Source: Leptolyngbyaceae cyanobacterium
GTDB lineage: Bacteria; Cyanobacteriota; Cyanobacteriia; Phormidesmidales; Phormidesmidaceae
Reading direction: 5' to 3'
NCBI GenBank assembly: GCA_965263355.1
Contig: CBDHHL010000056.1
Coordinates: forward strand, 1,440,001 to 1,504,000
DNA: 64,000 nucleotides
The notes beneath the pieces were generated by a model. That model saw only the letters and a list, made by a program, of their open reading frames with translations, had not been told where the DNA came from and searched no databases. The position numbers were made by a program, and so were the translations under genes. Positions within the stretch are counted from its first letter, which is position 1. The number at the start of each line of letters is the position of its first letter. This document shows, in pieces, positions 40,573 to 50,630 of this stretch.

Positions 40573-41319
40573 ATGGAACACAATTTAGCCTCGTGCCTGC
40601 GAAAAGGCACACAACATTCCCATACCCTGGCAGAAAATACAGCCTATATGACATGCTTTCTAAAAGGAATTGTTGAAAAGGAACCCTTTCGACAGCTACT
40701 AGCCAATCTATATTTTGTTTATAGTACCTTAGAAGATGCTATACGCCGCCATGCTGAGCATGCTGTTGTCGGTCCGACATACTTTCCATTATTAGAGAGA
40801 ACCTCTCAATTAGAAAAAGACCTGGCCTTTTATTATGGTGCCAACTGGCGTGATCAGATTGTTCCCTCTCCGCAGGGACGGCGCTATGTAGAACGGATTC
40901 AGACCCTTGCTGACCAGGACCCAGCTCTGTTAGTAGCCCATGCCTATGTCCGCTATATGGGCGATCTCTCTGGCGGGCAAGGGTTAAAAGCAGTGGTGCG
41001 TGCGGCTCTGGATCTGCCGGAGGGTCAAGGTACCGCCTTTTATGAGTTTGACGATATTCCCACAGTTGAGGCTCGACGAGCTTTTAAGGGACAATATCGG
41101 GATGCGTTGAATTCACTTCCCATTGATAATGATGTGGTACAAAGGATTATTGACGAAGCAAACCTTGCATTTCAGCTCAATTGTAATGTTATGCATGATT
41201 TAGAGCCGTTGGTTAAGGATGCCATTGGTGACCATGTCTTTGAGCAGATGACTCGCCAAGGGCGATCCGGTAGCACAGAGCGTCAGCATCGATCACCTGA
41301 GCTAGTATCTGTAGAATAA
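40573..41319 (+). CDS. ho2: Heme oxygenase, low-O2 isoform
   Basis: SHTLAENTAYM.CFLKGIVE.EPFRQLLANLY, YMGDLSGGQ, C-terminal extension of Ho2 type. Confidence 0.92.
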   Translation: MEHNLASCLRKGTQHSHTLAENTAYMTCFLKGIVEKEPFRQLLANLYFVYSTLEDAIRRHAEHAVVGPTYFPLLERTSQLEKDLAFYYGANWRDQIVPSPQGRRYVERIQTLADQDPALLVAHAYVRYMGDLSGGQGLKAVVRAALDLPEGQGTAFYEFDDIPTVEARRAFKGQYRDALNSLPIDNDVVQRIIDEANLAFQLNCNVMHDLEPLVKDAIGDHVFEQMTRQGRSGSTERQHRSPELVSVE

Positions 41320-41357
41320 TCACTTATCCATTGGATTTCTCTTATTGCATGAACCAT

Positions 41358-41382
41358 ATCCCCCGTAAGGGGGATTTTTTTT
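41358..41382 (+). terminator. Rho-independent terminator of hemF-ho2
   Basis: ATCCCCC-GTAA-GGGGGAT followed by a T run. Confidence 0.85.
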
Positions 41383-41678
41383 AGCTATGGGCTTGTTAAT
41401 AATTAAGCTCATGGTTTTAGGTAATAACTTGAGCAACTGGTGTGGAGATTAAAGTTATTGCTTGGGGTTCCTCCGTGTTCCCTTTGGTGAAACTCAAATC
41501 ATGAGGTTATTGCTTAACGGGTTCTATGCGTAAAGTATTCTAGCAACCTTTGCTAATGACTGTGTGCTCGCTAATGACAAATGCTGTGACCCAAGTGAGC
41601 TTACTAATAATCAGCCCAGTTGGGTCAAACTATATGTGAACCAAGCAATAGACTCTTATCACTATTCCCAGCCATTAC

Positions 41679-42701
41679 TTAATTACGCGATTGAGATACT
41701 GTCGGAGGACTAAACAATGCAATATAAATACCACCTAATACAAGGGCAAATCCCAGATAATTTAGGCCTGCTAGCTGTTCGCCGAATCCAATCCAGGCAA
41801 TAATCGCAACAAATACAGCTTCTAGAGGGAAAAAGAGTGATGCTAGCTCCGAAGAGATTTCTTTTAAGCTATAGGCAGTTAACCCCTGACCAATAATTTG
41901 GGAAAAACAAACAACACCAGCAATTGCTAACCACCCTAATGAAGATACGGGCCAGAAGGTACCCGATGCTAAAAAGATTATGGGGATTAAGCTTAAGCTT
42001 CCTAATAGACAAACCCATTGTAAAATCGCGGTGGATGTAAATTGCGATCGCAAATGCCCTACCAACAAACAATATAAAGCTAAAAATACAGCAGATAGCA
42101 ACGCTAAGCCATCCCCCAGAAGATTATCCAGACCAATATGCAAGTCTTCAAACCCGATTGCTACCACACCCATGAGAGTCACACCAACTGCAATTAAAAA
42201 TTGTTGACTAAAGTGATGCTTGAAAAACAGCCAGCCTAATAAGGTAGCAAAGAGGGGGGATAAATCATGCATTAAAGTAGAGTTGGCAACGTTAGTGTAT
42301 TGCAGAGAAATAGCCCAGAGCACTAAACAGGCTACCCAAATGACTCCAGCCATCAGAAATAAAAGAATAACTTTAGTAGACAAATAATTGTCTTTAGCTA
42401 CGGCATTATTTTTCTCCAAGGAAAGTGAGTTATGTTCACTATCTGTCTCACTACGAGAGGGTTGAAAGACAAAGAGTTCAGTCTGATGCCAGAGAAGAAA
42501 CACAAGACCGGCAATCCAACACCGGTTAAAAATGGTACTGAGCGAACCGATTTCTGCGACAGAGATTTTGATACAAAAGACCCCGATTGCGATCGCGAAC
42601 TGAGCCAACAAAAGTGCCAGAATGGCTGAGGTCATGGAGGACAGGGCCAATGAAGTAGAATTAGTCCTAGATGTTAGAAATGCTGTTCTCATGGAAGCCA
42701 C
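41679..42701 (-). CDS. DMT/EamA-family transporter
   Basis: ~10 TM helices, SLQYTNVANSTL, GDGLALLSA. Confidence 0.88.
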   Translation of the reverse strand: MASMRTAFLTSRTNSTSLALSSMTSAILALLLAQFAIAIGVFCIKISVAEIGSLSTIFNRCWIAGLVFLLWHQTELFVFQPSRSETDSEHNSLSLEKNNAVAKDNYLSTKVILLFLMAGVIWVACLVLWAISLQYTNVANSTLMHDLSPLFATLLGWLFFKHHFSQQFLIAVGVTLMGVVAIGFEDLHIGLDNLLGDGLALLSAVFLALYCLLVGHLRSQFTSTAILQWVCLLGSLSLIPIIFLASGTFWPVSSLGWLAIAGVVCFSQIIGQGLTAYSLKEISSELASLFFPLEAVFVAIIAWIGFGEQLAGLNYLGFALVLGGIYIALFSPPTVSQSRN

Positions 42702-43029
42702 CTATGTTGAAGGGAAATGAGGCTACGACTATGGGGAAAAGGAAAAGGCTCGGGAGCATTCCCTATAACTACCTTATCTATATTATTGTGATTGTGCAGC
42801 GGGCATTTTTTAAGGACCCAGTGATATCAGTAAAGCAGGGCTAACCTGACCACCTGTTGCCACTGATATTGAGACTAAATTTTTTAGAACCATCCTTTAA
42901 ATGCATCTTTAAGACTACCAAGGATAGAAATTTCAAAATTCTCTCAGACTTCAATCTGTAAAAATACTTTAAAAAATTTCAACGCTCAAGATAATTTGTT
43001 GCATTGTCTCAATGTCTTCCGAGTAGACC

Positions 43030-43674
43030 TTAAATAATCCAAAGGTGCTCAGTCTCATAAAATTCTCCACGTTGCTCCAGTGTAAAGTCACCCAGAAGGG
43101 CCGCAATCCATACCTCCACCAGGGGCATTTTCATTCGCTGCTGTAGGTCAATTAAGCGTTGAGGAGTCCCCGTTCGTTTACTCAATAATGTCTCAACCCA
43201 ATCGGATACATTTTCTGCATGAGACACAGCCAGGGCTTGCGCTTTAACCGCATCCTCAGTAAGTGCATCCACTAATGCCAGCACGGAAGCTTTATCCACT
43301 TCCCCAACAACAGAGGCATCGTCAGCTACCGGCTCAAGGGTATCGCGTTGGGTGGAACGCTGCACCAGGTCAGAAAAGTTCAATTCTTGGGTCTGCCGAG
43401 TAATACCTTTAAGCCAGTCACCATCTAATACAGGGCCGTCGGTATTATGGGCATCTTGCCAGTCATCCCAGAGGATTTCAGACTTAGCCTCACAGATGTC
43501 AGCCAACTGAGCCAGGACTTCCCCGCCAAGTCTCAACTGCTCGCGCCAGGGTAGCTCAACCATTACTCCCTCAAACTGCTGCCAGAGGTCCAGAATATTG
43601 GCTTCTTCTGGCACATCGGCGGCATCCTCAAAGGCATCCCCTAAGTCCAATTCTAACTGGCGAACATTAACCAT
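43030..43674 (-). CDS. Hypothetical acidic protein
   Basis: Start ATG 43674 after GGAGG, overlapping the upstream stop; QLELDL N-terminus. Confidence 0.7.
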   Translation of the reverse strand: MVNVRQLELDLGDAFEDAADVPEEANILDLWQQFEGVMVELPWREQLRLGGEVLAQLADICEAKSEILWDDWQDAHNTDGPVLDGDWLKGITRQTQELNFSDLVQRSTQRDTLEPVADDASVVGEVDKASVLALVDALTEDAVKAQALAVSHAENVSDWVETLLSKRTGTPQRLIDLQQRMKMPLVEVWIAALLGDFTLEQRGEFYETEHLWII

Positions 43675-44212
43675 CGTCCCCTCCACGATGCTCAAAGCAT
43701 CCTTTCAAGGGGCAGTCAGGAATCGGACACTCAATGGGTTCTAACCGAACCTCGTTAACGAAGTGGGTGATTCCGTACCGCTCCGTCAGATATGGCAATA
43801 TCTTTTGGGAGACATACCGTTCTAACTGCCGTCGCCGATACCCGGCACAGTGAATCGGTTTTACTTCTAAAACCTTTTGACCGTCATGAATCACGGACGC
43901 ACCAATGGCATGCACCGGGGCATCCTTACGCTTTTCTCGCCAGATGTAGAGATTTGCATAGGGCATTGAGGCCTCTGCCACGTCGAGGGAAACCGTCTCT
44001 ACCCCATCATCAACTTTGGCAGCCATTACCTGCTGCTGGTAGACAGCCCGCCGCTTTTCATTCGAGTTCCGTCGATTTCGGTAGTGCGATCGCTTCCGGT
44101 GACAGCGTTTTTCATCCCAACAGCCATCACCATCAGGCCCATGCTGCTGTCGAGCCTGAGCTGCACTTAATGACACGCAAGCAACACATTTTGGATCAAT
44201 TCGCCGTGGCAT
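43667..44212 (-). CDS. Hypothetical Cys-rich basic protein
   Basis: CxxC...CW...CH and C-terminal CPxxxCP, probably Zn-binding; AAGGA RBS. Confidence 0.7.
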   Translation of the reverse strand: MPRRIDPKCVACVSLSAAQARQQHGPDGDGCWDEKRCHRKRSHYRNRRNSNEKRRAVYQQQVMAAKVDDGVETVSLDVAEASMPYANLYIWREKRKDAPVHAIGASVIHDGQKVLEVKPIHCAGYRRRQLERYVSQKILPYLTERYGITHFVNEVRLEPIECPIPDCPLKGCFEHRGGDDG

Positions 44213-44284
44213 TTATCCTTAGAAATCGAGCGATAGCTGAAACGCCTGAAATTCAAGGTCTATGGTAGCGCAATTTAGTTAATT

Positions 44285-44541
44285 AGCCCGATCTGGTAAT
44301 TACGGACCTGGCGATGCTCGTCATGGACAGGTTCCAGTTTCTAAAACAGGTGCGTAATCGTGCAGATGTCCCAAACACACTAAAGTGATTGTTTCGTCTA
44401 CCTCCGTGTCTCAGACTAATTGACAAATGACAATCGTCCAGTTGCCGATATATCCCACAGTTGGCTAGCCAATTTATGACTGAAGAGATTGAAGAATTGC
44501 TAGAAAAATACTTAAAGGATGGACTGACCTTAGTCAAATGA
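44285..44541 (+). pseudogene. Remnant of a third hybrid kinase (REC fragment + C-terminus)
   Basis: DNA nearly identical to ~48464-48605 and ~48890-48975, joined by an internal deletion. Confidence 0.88.
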
Positions 44542-44711
44542 TATTTAGAGGGAACTCTATACCTAGCCTCAACGCAATTTTTATCATCTGGCAATATGAC
44601 AAGCAATCACTTAGGATGTCGCTTGCGGTTGCGAGCAGTAATCTTCGAAACTAGCCTGATTAGCGTGAACTGAAACGTCGTAGCCTACGTAGTTTAACTG
44701 AGAAACAGCCA

Positions 44712-46283
44712 ATGAATTATAACTTTACCTGGATATCTACAATCTGGCATAAGATTATTACGTTGAAATCCCCTCCCGCCTTCTTATCAATATTGTTACT
44801 AAGTTTGTATGTAATCAGTTGCAGTCAGTCTTCATCAAATTCGGTTAAGTCAAATTCTACTCCGCAACAAACTGCAGTATCAAAGCCAGAAAACTTTGAT
44901 GGTGTAAATATCAGTGTACTTACGCTGACAAAACCTCTGGGGGCAACTGTTGAAAAACGAGCTGCTGAATTTTCAGCCTTAACGGGCGCTAACATCACCG
45001 TCAAAAATGCATCCTATAGCGAGTTATATAAAACAATATTTAACGATCTGACTACGGATACCAATCAATATGATGTTGTTATTCTGACACCAAACTGGAT
45101 GCCAGACTATATTGAATCCGGTTATCTCAAGGAGCTGACAGAACATATTAATAATGATCCCAAGCTGGAATGGGAAGATATTGCTCCCTTCTTCCGTAAA
45201 TATGGTCACGTCTACGATGAGAAGATTTACTCAGTTCCTATTGATGGAAACTACCATATCATGTACTATCGGGCCGATTTACTCAGCCAAGCTGGGTTTG
45301 AACCTCCTAGTACCTGGGATGAGTATCTTGAAATTGCTAAGTACTTTAACGGTAAGGACTTAAACGGTGATGAAGAGTCTGATTACGGTTCTTGTTTAGC
45401 AAAGAAGCCTGGCAATGTGACTTACTGGGCTATGTGGTCAATTGCCGCATCAATGCTGCAATCCAAGGGAACTCAGCAAGGAGTCTTCTTTGACCCTAAC
45501 ACGATGGACCCCATGGTCAACAATGTTGCCTTTGCCAAGGCCCTTGATATATACAAAGCAACCAGTGATTACGGTGCTCCTAAAGAAATGGAATGGGGCT
45601 TAAACGATGGACGTCAAGCGTTTATTGCAGGCCGTTGTGCCCTAGCCTTAGATCATGGTGATATTGGCACCCTGGCCCTCTCAGAAGCATCAAAGATTAA
45701 GGGTAAGTTGGGCACAGCTATTGTGCCCGGTTCCACTGAAGTGCTCGATTGGGAAACTGGAGAGCTGGTAGCCTGTGATAAATTTACCTGTCCATTTGCT
45801 GTGGATGGGGTTAACTATGCTCCCTTTGCTGCAGCCATTGGTTGGGCCGGTGCTATCAATGCCGCCGCCGCCGATGATGTTCAGGCTGCCGGCTATGATT
45901 TCATATCCTATATCAGCCAGCCTGTGCGCTCAAACTTGGATGTTACAAATGGGCAATCTGGGTTAAATCCCTATCGTATTTCGCAATTTTCTGACTCTGA
46001 GAATTGGATCACTGCAGGGATGACGTCTGAAGAAGCCAGTACCTATCTAGGTGCTATTGGTGGCAGTATCAATAGTTCTAATGTGGTACTTGATTTGACA
46101 ATTCCCCGAAACTACAACTACCAGCGGGAACTGTTGGACGGTGCTGTTTCTGATTTTTTGGCAGGCAGAATCAGCCGTGATCAAACTATGGAAAGGATTA
46201 CCCAAGAATGGAATGCCTTGACTGATAAAGTCGGACGGAATGCTCAAAAAGCTTCCTACCGCACCAGTTTGGGCTTAGACTGA
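44712..46283 (+). CDS. Sugar-type extracellular solute-binding lipoprotein
   Basis: Lipobox VISC, YSVPIDG, MYYRADLL, PPSTWDEY, DLNGD acidic loop. Confidence 0.88.
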   Translation: MNYNFTWISTIWHKIITLKSPPAFLSILLLSLYVISCSQSSSNSVKSNSTPQQTAVSKPENFDGVNISVLTLTKPLGATVEKRAAEFSALTGANITVKNASYSELYKTIFNDLTTDTNQYDVVILTPNWMPDYIESGYLKELTEHINNDPKLEWEDIAPFFRKYGHVYDEKIYSVPIDGNYHIMYYRADLLSQAGFEPPSTWDEYLEIAKYFNGKDLNGDEESDYGSCLAKKPGNVTYWAMWSIAASMLQSKGTQQGVFFDPNTMDPMVNNVAFAKALDIYKATSDYGAPKEMEWGLNDGRQAFIAGRCALALDHGDIGTLALSEASKIKGKLGTAIVPGSTEVLDWETGELVACDKFTCPFAVDGVNYAPFAAAIGWAGAINAAAADDVQAAGYDFISYISQPVRSNLDVTNGQSGLNPYRISQFSDSENWITAGMTSEEASTYLGAIGGSINSSNVVLDLTIPRNYNYQRELLDGAVSDFLAGRISRDQTMERITQEWNALTDKVGRNAQKASYRTSLGLD

Positions 46284-46305
46284 TAGTTCTAAAGGAGAAC
46301 AGTTA

Positions 46306-48975
46306 GTGCGTTGGAACCTCAGTAGTAAGCTTGTTGTTGCCTATTCAGGGTTAATTGCCCTAATGGCAGGGGCACTTTCTGCAACTATTTACTGGGAGCT
46401 TAAAACCTCTCAGCAAACGGCCCTGCAAGATCGCCTGCTGGGAACAGTGAGCTTAGCGGCACGCCAAATTGACAGCGACTACCATGCCTTAATCAATAAA
46501 CCTGAGGATACTGGTACAGCCTACTACACAGTCAATCAACAGCAACTTCAGGCTATTCAAGCCTCTGAACCGGATATTGTGCGTCTTTATACGTTGCGTT
46601 TTCGTGGAGAAGACTATCAGGTTATTTTAGATTACGCCCCTGAGAGTGAAGGATTAACTCAACCGTTAGCCACTGTGGGAGAAGTCTTAGCGGATCTGCC
46701 GCCTCTTTTGCAACAGAAAGCTGAGATTAAAACGCCGATTACTGAAACTGTTATCAAAAACAATCGCCAGGGACAACCTGTTTTATACGGATATGCACCG
46801 ATTAAAAATAAGCTAGATCGTACCGATGGTATTTTGGTGATTGAGATGGATGCCACTTCGGTTACTCAATACACTATCCATGCTCTTACCATCGCCGGTA
46901 GCATATTTAGTGTGGTTTTGGTGATTTCCTTGCCATTAGTATGGTGGCTAGGGCAATCATTGGTGGTTCGTCCCACCTTACATCTAAACCGGGTTGCTCG
47001 TCGTCTTGCAGATGGCCAGTGGGATGAAATATTGCCCACCGATCGCACCGATGAGTTAGGTCAGTTGGCCAGTTCGTTTAATTACATGGCTCTACAGCTG
47101 AAGACTTCGTTCAACAGACTACAGGATTATTCTCAAAATCTGGAACTTAAAGTAGAGGAGCGTACCCAAAAGCTACAAGAGTCTCAGCAACTGCTCAATC
47201 TCATCATGAACAGTATTCCCCAGTCAATCTTTTGGAAGGATCGAGAGAGTGTCTATCTGGGCAGTAACAAGAGTTTTGCCCAAGTAACTGGCCTGACTCC
47301 TGAGACAATTGTTGGTAAGACCGATTATGATTTGCCCTGGACTAAAGACGAGGCTGATTTTTTTGTCGAGTGCGATCGCAGAGTAATGACATCAGGTCAG
47401 GCTGAGCTAGGTATTGTTGAACCTCAGCTACAAGCGAATGGAAAACAGGCATGGCTCGAGACGAATAAAATTCCCATGTATAGTCCTGATGGCAAGGTGA
47501 TGGGAATTATCGGTATCTTTCAAGACATTACCCCCTACAAAGAAGCCGAAGCAGCCGCTCAGCAGGCAAGTGAGGCCAAGAGTGAGTTCTTAGCCAACAT
47601 GAGCCATGAACTAAGAACACCGCTGAATGGCATTCTAGGATATGCTCAAATTTTAAGACGCAATAAAACATTGGGTGAGAAAGAACGACATGGGCTCAGC
47701 ATTATTCACCAATGTGGCTCTCATCTGCTGACCTTGATTAATGACATTTTGGATCTGTCTAAGATTGAGGCTCGTAAACTAGAATTAGTCCCAGTTGCGC
47801 TCCATTTGCCCGCACTGCTACAGAGCGTGGTCGAAATGTGTAAACTCAAAGCAAAGCAGAAAGGTCTCAACTTTATCTATCGACCTAGTTCCCGGTTGCC
47901 AGAAGGCGTAGAAGCTGATGAGAAACGACTGCGGCAGGTGCTAATTAATCTGCTCGGCAATGCGATTAAGTTTACCGGTCAAGGGTCGGTCACGCTGCAG
48001 GTCGACGTGCTATTGCTTTCAGAAACACATGTTTCGATTTTGTTTGAGATCATCGACACTGGTGTCGGTATCGCTGAGGAAAATCTTTCCAGGTTGTTTG
48101 AAGCGTTTGAGCAGGTCGGTGACCAGAAAAAACAGTCAGAGGGAACTGGACTGGGGTTGGCGATTAGTCAGCGCATTGTAAACTTGATGGGAGGTGAAAT
48201 TCAGGTTAAGAGTCAGCTCCAAACAGGCAGCGAATTTTCCTTTACGGTCGATCTGCCCCTGGCGGAAAACTGGGCAAACTCGCAGATGCTGATTGACGGA
48301 GACGATCTCATCATTGGCTATGACGGCAAACGGTGTCAAATATTGGTGATCGATGACCGCTGGGAAAATCGAGCCGTGGTTCAGAATTTACTAGAACCTT
48401 TGGGGTTTGAAATTCTCGAAGCTGAGCACGGCCAGGCAGGGCTGGAGCTACTGCAGACACAACAGCCCGATCTGGTAATTACGGACCTGGCGATGCCCGT
48501 CATGGACGGGTTCCGGTTTTTAGAACAGGTGCGTAATCAGGAAGATCTTAAACACACTAAAGTGATCGTTTCGTCTGCATCTGTGTCTCAGACCGATCAA
48601 CAAATGGCACTCGATGCAGGAGGGGATGACTTTTTAGCCAAGCCTGTAGATGCACCCTCCCTATTCCAAACAATTGCTCAACAGTTACAGCTCACCTGGA
48701 TTCATGAAGCCTCAACCCAGTCTACTACCGACTCAGCAACTGATCTCACCGAGTTGGTATTACCACCGAGTGCAACTCTTGAAGCGCTACTGAAGACTGC
48801 TGAGACTGGAGACCTAAAGTTACTGCGTCAGCAGCTGAATACATTAGTAGATGATGATCTGGCATATCGTCCGTTTGTCGATACCATCCTACAGTTGGCT
48901 AGCCAATTTATGACTGAAGAAATTGAAGAATTGCTAGAAAAATATTTGAGGGATGGTCTGGCTCCAGTTCGCTGA
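46306..48975 (+). CDS. Hybrid sensor kinase (periplasmic sensor-HAMP-PAS-HisKA-HATPase-REC)
   Basis: Two TMs, [52 protein letters not shown]. Confidence 0.95.
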   Translation: MRWNLSSKLVVAYSGLIALMAGALSATIYWELKTSQQTALQDRLLGTVSLAARQIDSDYHALINKPEDTGTAYYTVNQQQLQAIQASEPDIVRLYTLRFRGEDYQVILDYAPESEGLTQPLATVGEVLADLPPLLQQKAEIKTPITETVIKNNRQGQPVLYGYAPIKNKLDRTDGILVIEMDATSVTQYTIHALTIAGSIFSVVLVISLPLVWWLGQSLVVRPTLHLNRVARRLADGQWDEILPTDRTDELGQLASSFNYMALQLKTSFNRLQDYSQNLELKVEERTQKLQESQQLLNLIMNSIPQSIFWKDRESVYLGSNKSFAQVTGLTPETIVGKTDYDLPWTKDEADFFVECDRRVMTSGQAELGIVEPQLQANGKQAWLETNKIPMYSPDGKVMGIIGIFQDITPYKEAEAAAQQASEAKSEFLANMSHELRTPLNGILGYAQILRRNKTLGEKERHGLSIIHQCGSHLLTLINDILDLSKIEARKLELVPVALHLPALLQSVVEMCKLKAKQKGLNFIYRPSSRLPEGVEADEKRLRQVLINLLGNAIKFTGQGSVTLQVDVLLLSETHVSILFEIIDTGVGIAEENLSRLFEAFEQVGDQKKQSEGTGLGLAISQRIVNLMGGEIQVKSQLQTGSEFSFTVDLPLAENWANSQMLIDGDDLIIGYDGKRCQILVIDDRWENRAVVQNLLEPLGFEILEAEHGQAGLELLQTQQPDLVITDLAMPVMDGFRFLEQVRNQEDLKHTKVIVSSASVSQTDQQMALDAGGDDFLAKPVDAPSLFQTIAQQLQLTWIHEASTQSTTDSATDLTELVLPPSATLEALLKTAETGDLKLLRQQLNTLVDDDLAYRPFVDTILQLASQFMTEEIEELLEKYLRDGLAPVR

Positions 48976-49099
48976 TATTCAGGACATTAATTTGGGCAAA
49001 ACTTAGTTTGGGACTAGGGACGAGTAAGCATCTCCAGCGAGCTAGTCGAAAATCACTAATTAAGCGATAAACACCGTTATACAGGGAGATGAAGATTAG

Positions 49100-50608
49100 A
49101 TGCGTGATGTAGACTATCAACAGCGAATGGCCGTTGCTAAAGCCGTCAAGCAGTTTCGGCAAGGACGCATGAATCGTCGGGATTTCATCCGTTTTGCCGG
49201 ATTAGCAGGCTTTGGTTTTAGCAGCGCCCGCTTTTTGAGCGGTTGTCGTTCTTCTTCTCAGCAGCGCTCTTCACCATTTACCCTTCCTGGCGCAACGGAA
49301 CTGATGACTGCAGACCAACAGCAGTTTCTTAAGGATGTCGGCAAAGCACTAAAAGGTAAAACTTTACGGATCATTACAGAAAATACCCCACCTTGTCAGG
49401 CTATTTGGAAAGTTGCTCAAGAGAAATTCATTCCATTAACAGGTATTCAAATTGAGTGGGATTTACTTACTTTAGATCGTGTTCTGGCAAGAATTACTCA
49501 GGATACGGCTCGACAAGCTGGGACTCACGATATTTTTTATATTGATCAAGCCTGGATTGGACGCTTTATTAACGACAGTGTTAATCCGAAAAGCCTATTA
49601 GAAAAAGCAGATCTTGCTTATCCCGGCTATGATTTTGATGATTTTCTACCTCCACTGCTAGACAATGTTGCCTCCTATAAAGGGCAGTTAGGTGGCATTC
49701 CTATCGATATCCCTCTCTTCATCATGATGTATCGCCGGGACATACTAGATAAGCTAGGTCTTGATGTCCCAACCACGATGCCAGAATATCTGCAGGTTGC
49801 CAAAGCTATCCACCATGCAAAATTGCCAGGTGTGTCAGGTTCTGTCGGGCAACGGCAACCGGGAACCTATGCTCTTACTGGAGATATGATCTCTTGGCTA
49901 TGGGCCTTTGGCGGCTCAGTGTTTGGTCCTGATGAACAACCGGCGATCCATGACGAAAAGGCAATCGCTGGGTTAGAGTACATGATGGAGCTAGGACAAT
50001 ATATGTCTCCCCAATCGCTTATATCCGATTGGGATGGACAGGCTGCTATATTCGCTCAAGGTAAAGCGGGCATTTATATTTCTGCAGGTGAATATTTCCC
50101 AGTTTTTGATGATCCTCAAAGCTCCAATATTGTGGGACTAGCAGAAGCCGCACCCTGTCCTAAAGAAATGGCATTGCGCTTACCGTCCGAGTGCAGTTTT
50201 GGTGAGGTTCCTGGTATCAGTCGCCAAGGCGGAAGCTGTCTGATGCTCTCTCGCTACAGCAAAAACATTGATGCTGCCTGGATATTTCTGCAATGGATTA
50301 CTAGTCCAGAAATGAGTCTGCTAGCAAGCATAGAATCAGGTTCCAGCGGCATTCGCAGGAGTACCTATGAGCATCCTCTCACCCAGCAAAAAGCCAAAGT
50401 TGCTCCTGGTACAACCCGACATATGGGGGTCGTACTCGATGCCATTCTCAATCGCATGGGAACAGAGCCCCATTTACCAAACTGGGTGCAACTCGCAACT
50501 GGTGATTTTCCAGTGGAATTGGGCAAAATGGTAACCCAACAGCAATCTGTTAAAACAACCGTTAATCAGATGGCCAAACTAACTAGTGCAGTAGTTCAGG
50601 CAGCTTAG
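49100..50608 (+). CDS. Tat-exported sugar-type solute-binding (lipo)protein
   Basis: NRRDFIR twin-arginine motif, LSGC lipobox, [22 protein letters not shown]. Confidence 0.88.
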   Translation: MRDVDYQQRMAVAKAVKQFRQGRMNRRDFIRFAGLAGFGFSSARFLSGCRSSSQQRSSPFTLPGATELMTADQQQFLKDVGKALKGKTLRIITENTPPCQAIWKVAQEKFIPLTGIQIEWDLLTLDRVLARITQDTARQAGTHDIFYIDQAWIGRFINDSVNPKSLLEKADLAYPGYDFDDFLPPLLDNVASYKGQLGGIPIDIPLFIMMYRRDILDKLGLDVPTTMPEYLQVAKAIHHAKLPGVSGSVGQRQPGTYALTGDMISWLWAFGGSVFGPDEQPAIHDEKAIAGLEYMMELGQYMSPQSLISDWDGQAAIFAQGKAGIYISAGEYFPVFDDPQSSNIVGLAEAAPCPKEMALRLPSECSFGEVPGISRQGGSCLMLSRYSKNIDAAWIFLQWITSPEMSLLASIESGSSGIRRSTYEHPLTQQKAKVAPGTTRHMGVVLDAILNRMGTEPHLPNWVQLATGDFPVELGKMVTQQQSVKTTVNQMAKLTSAVVQAA

Positions 50609-50630
50609 TACTGAGGAAGATCTTTATAAA

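Noticed and set aside
43792..44606. ORFs 43792-44268(+) and 44283-44606(-)
   Set aside because: Antisense shadows of the Cys-rich gene and of the kinase remnant
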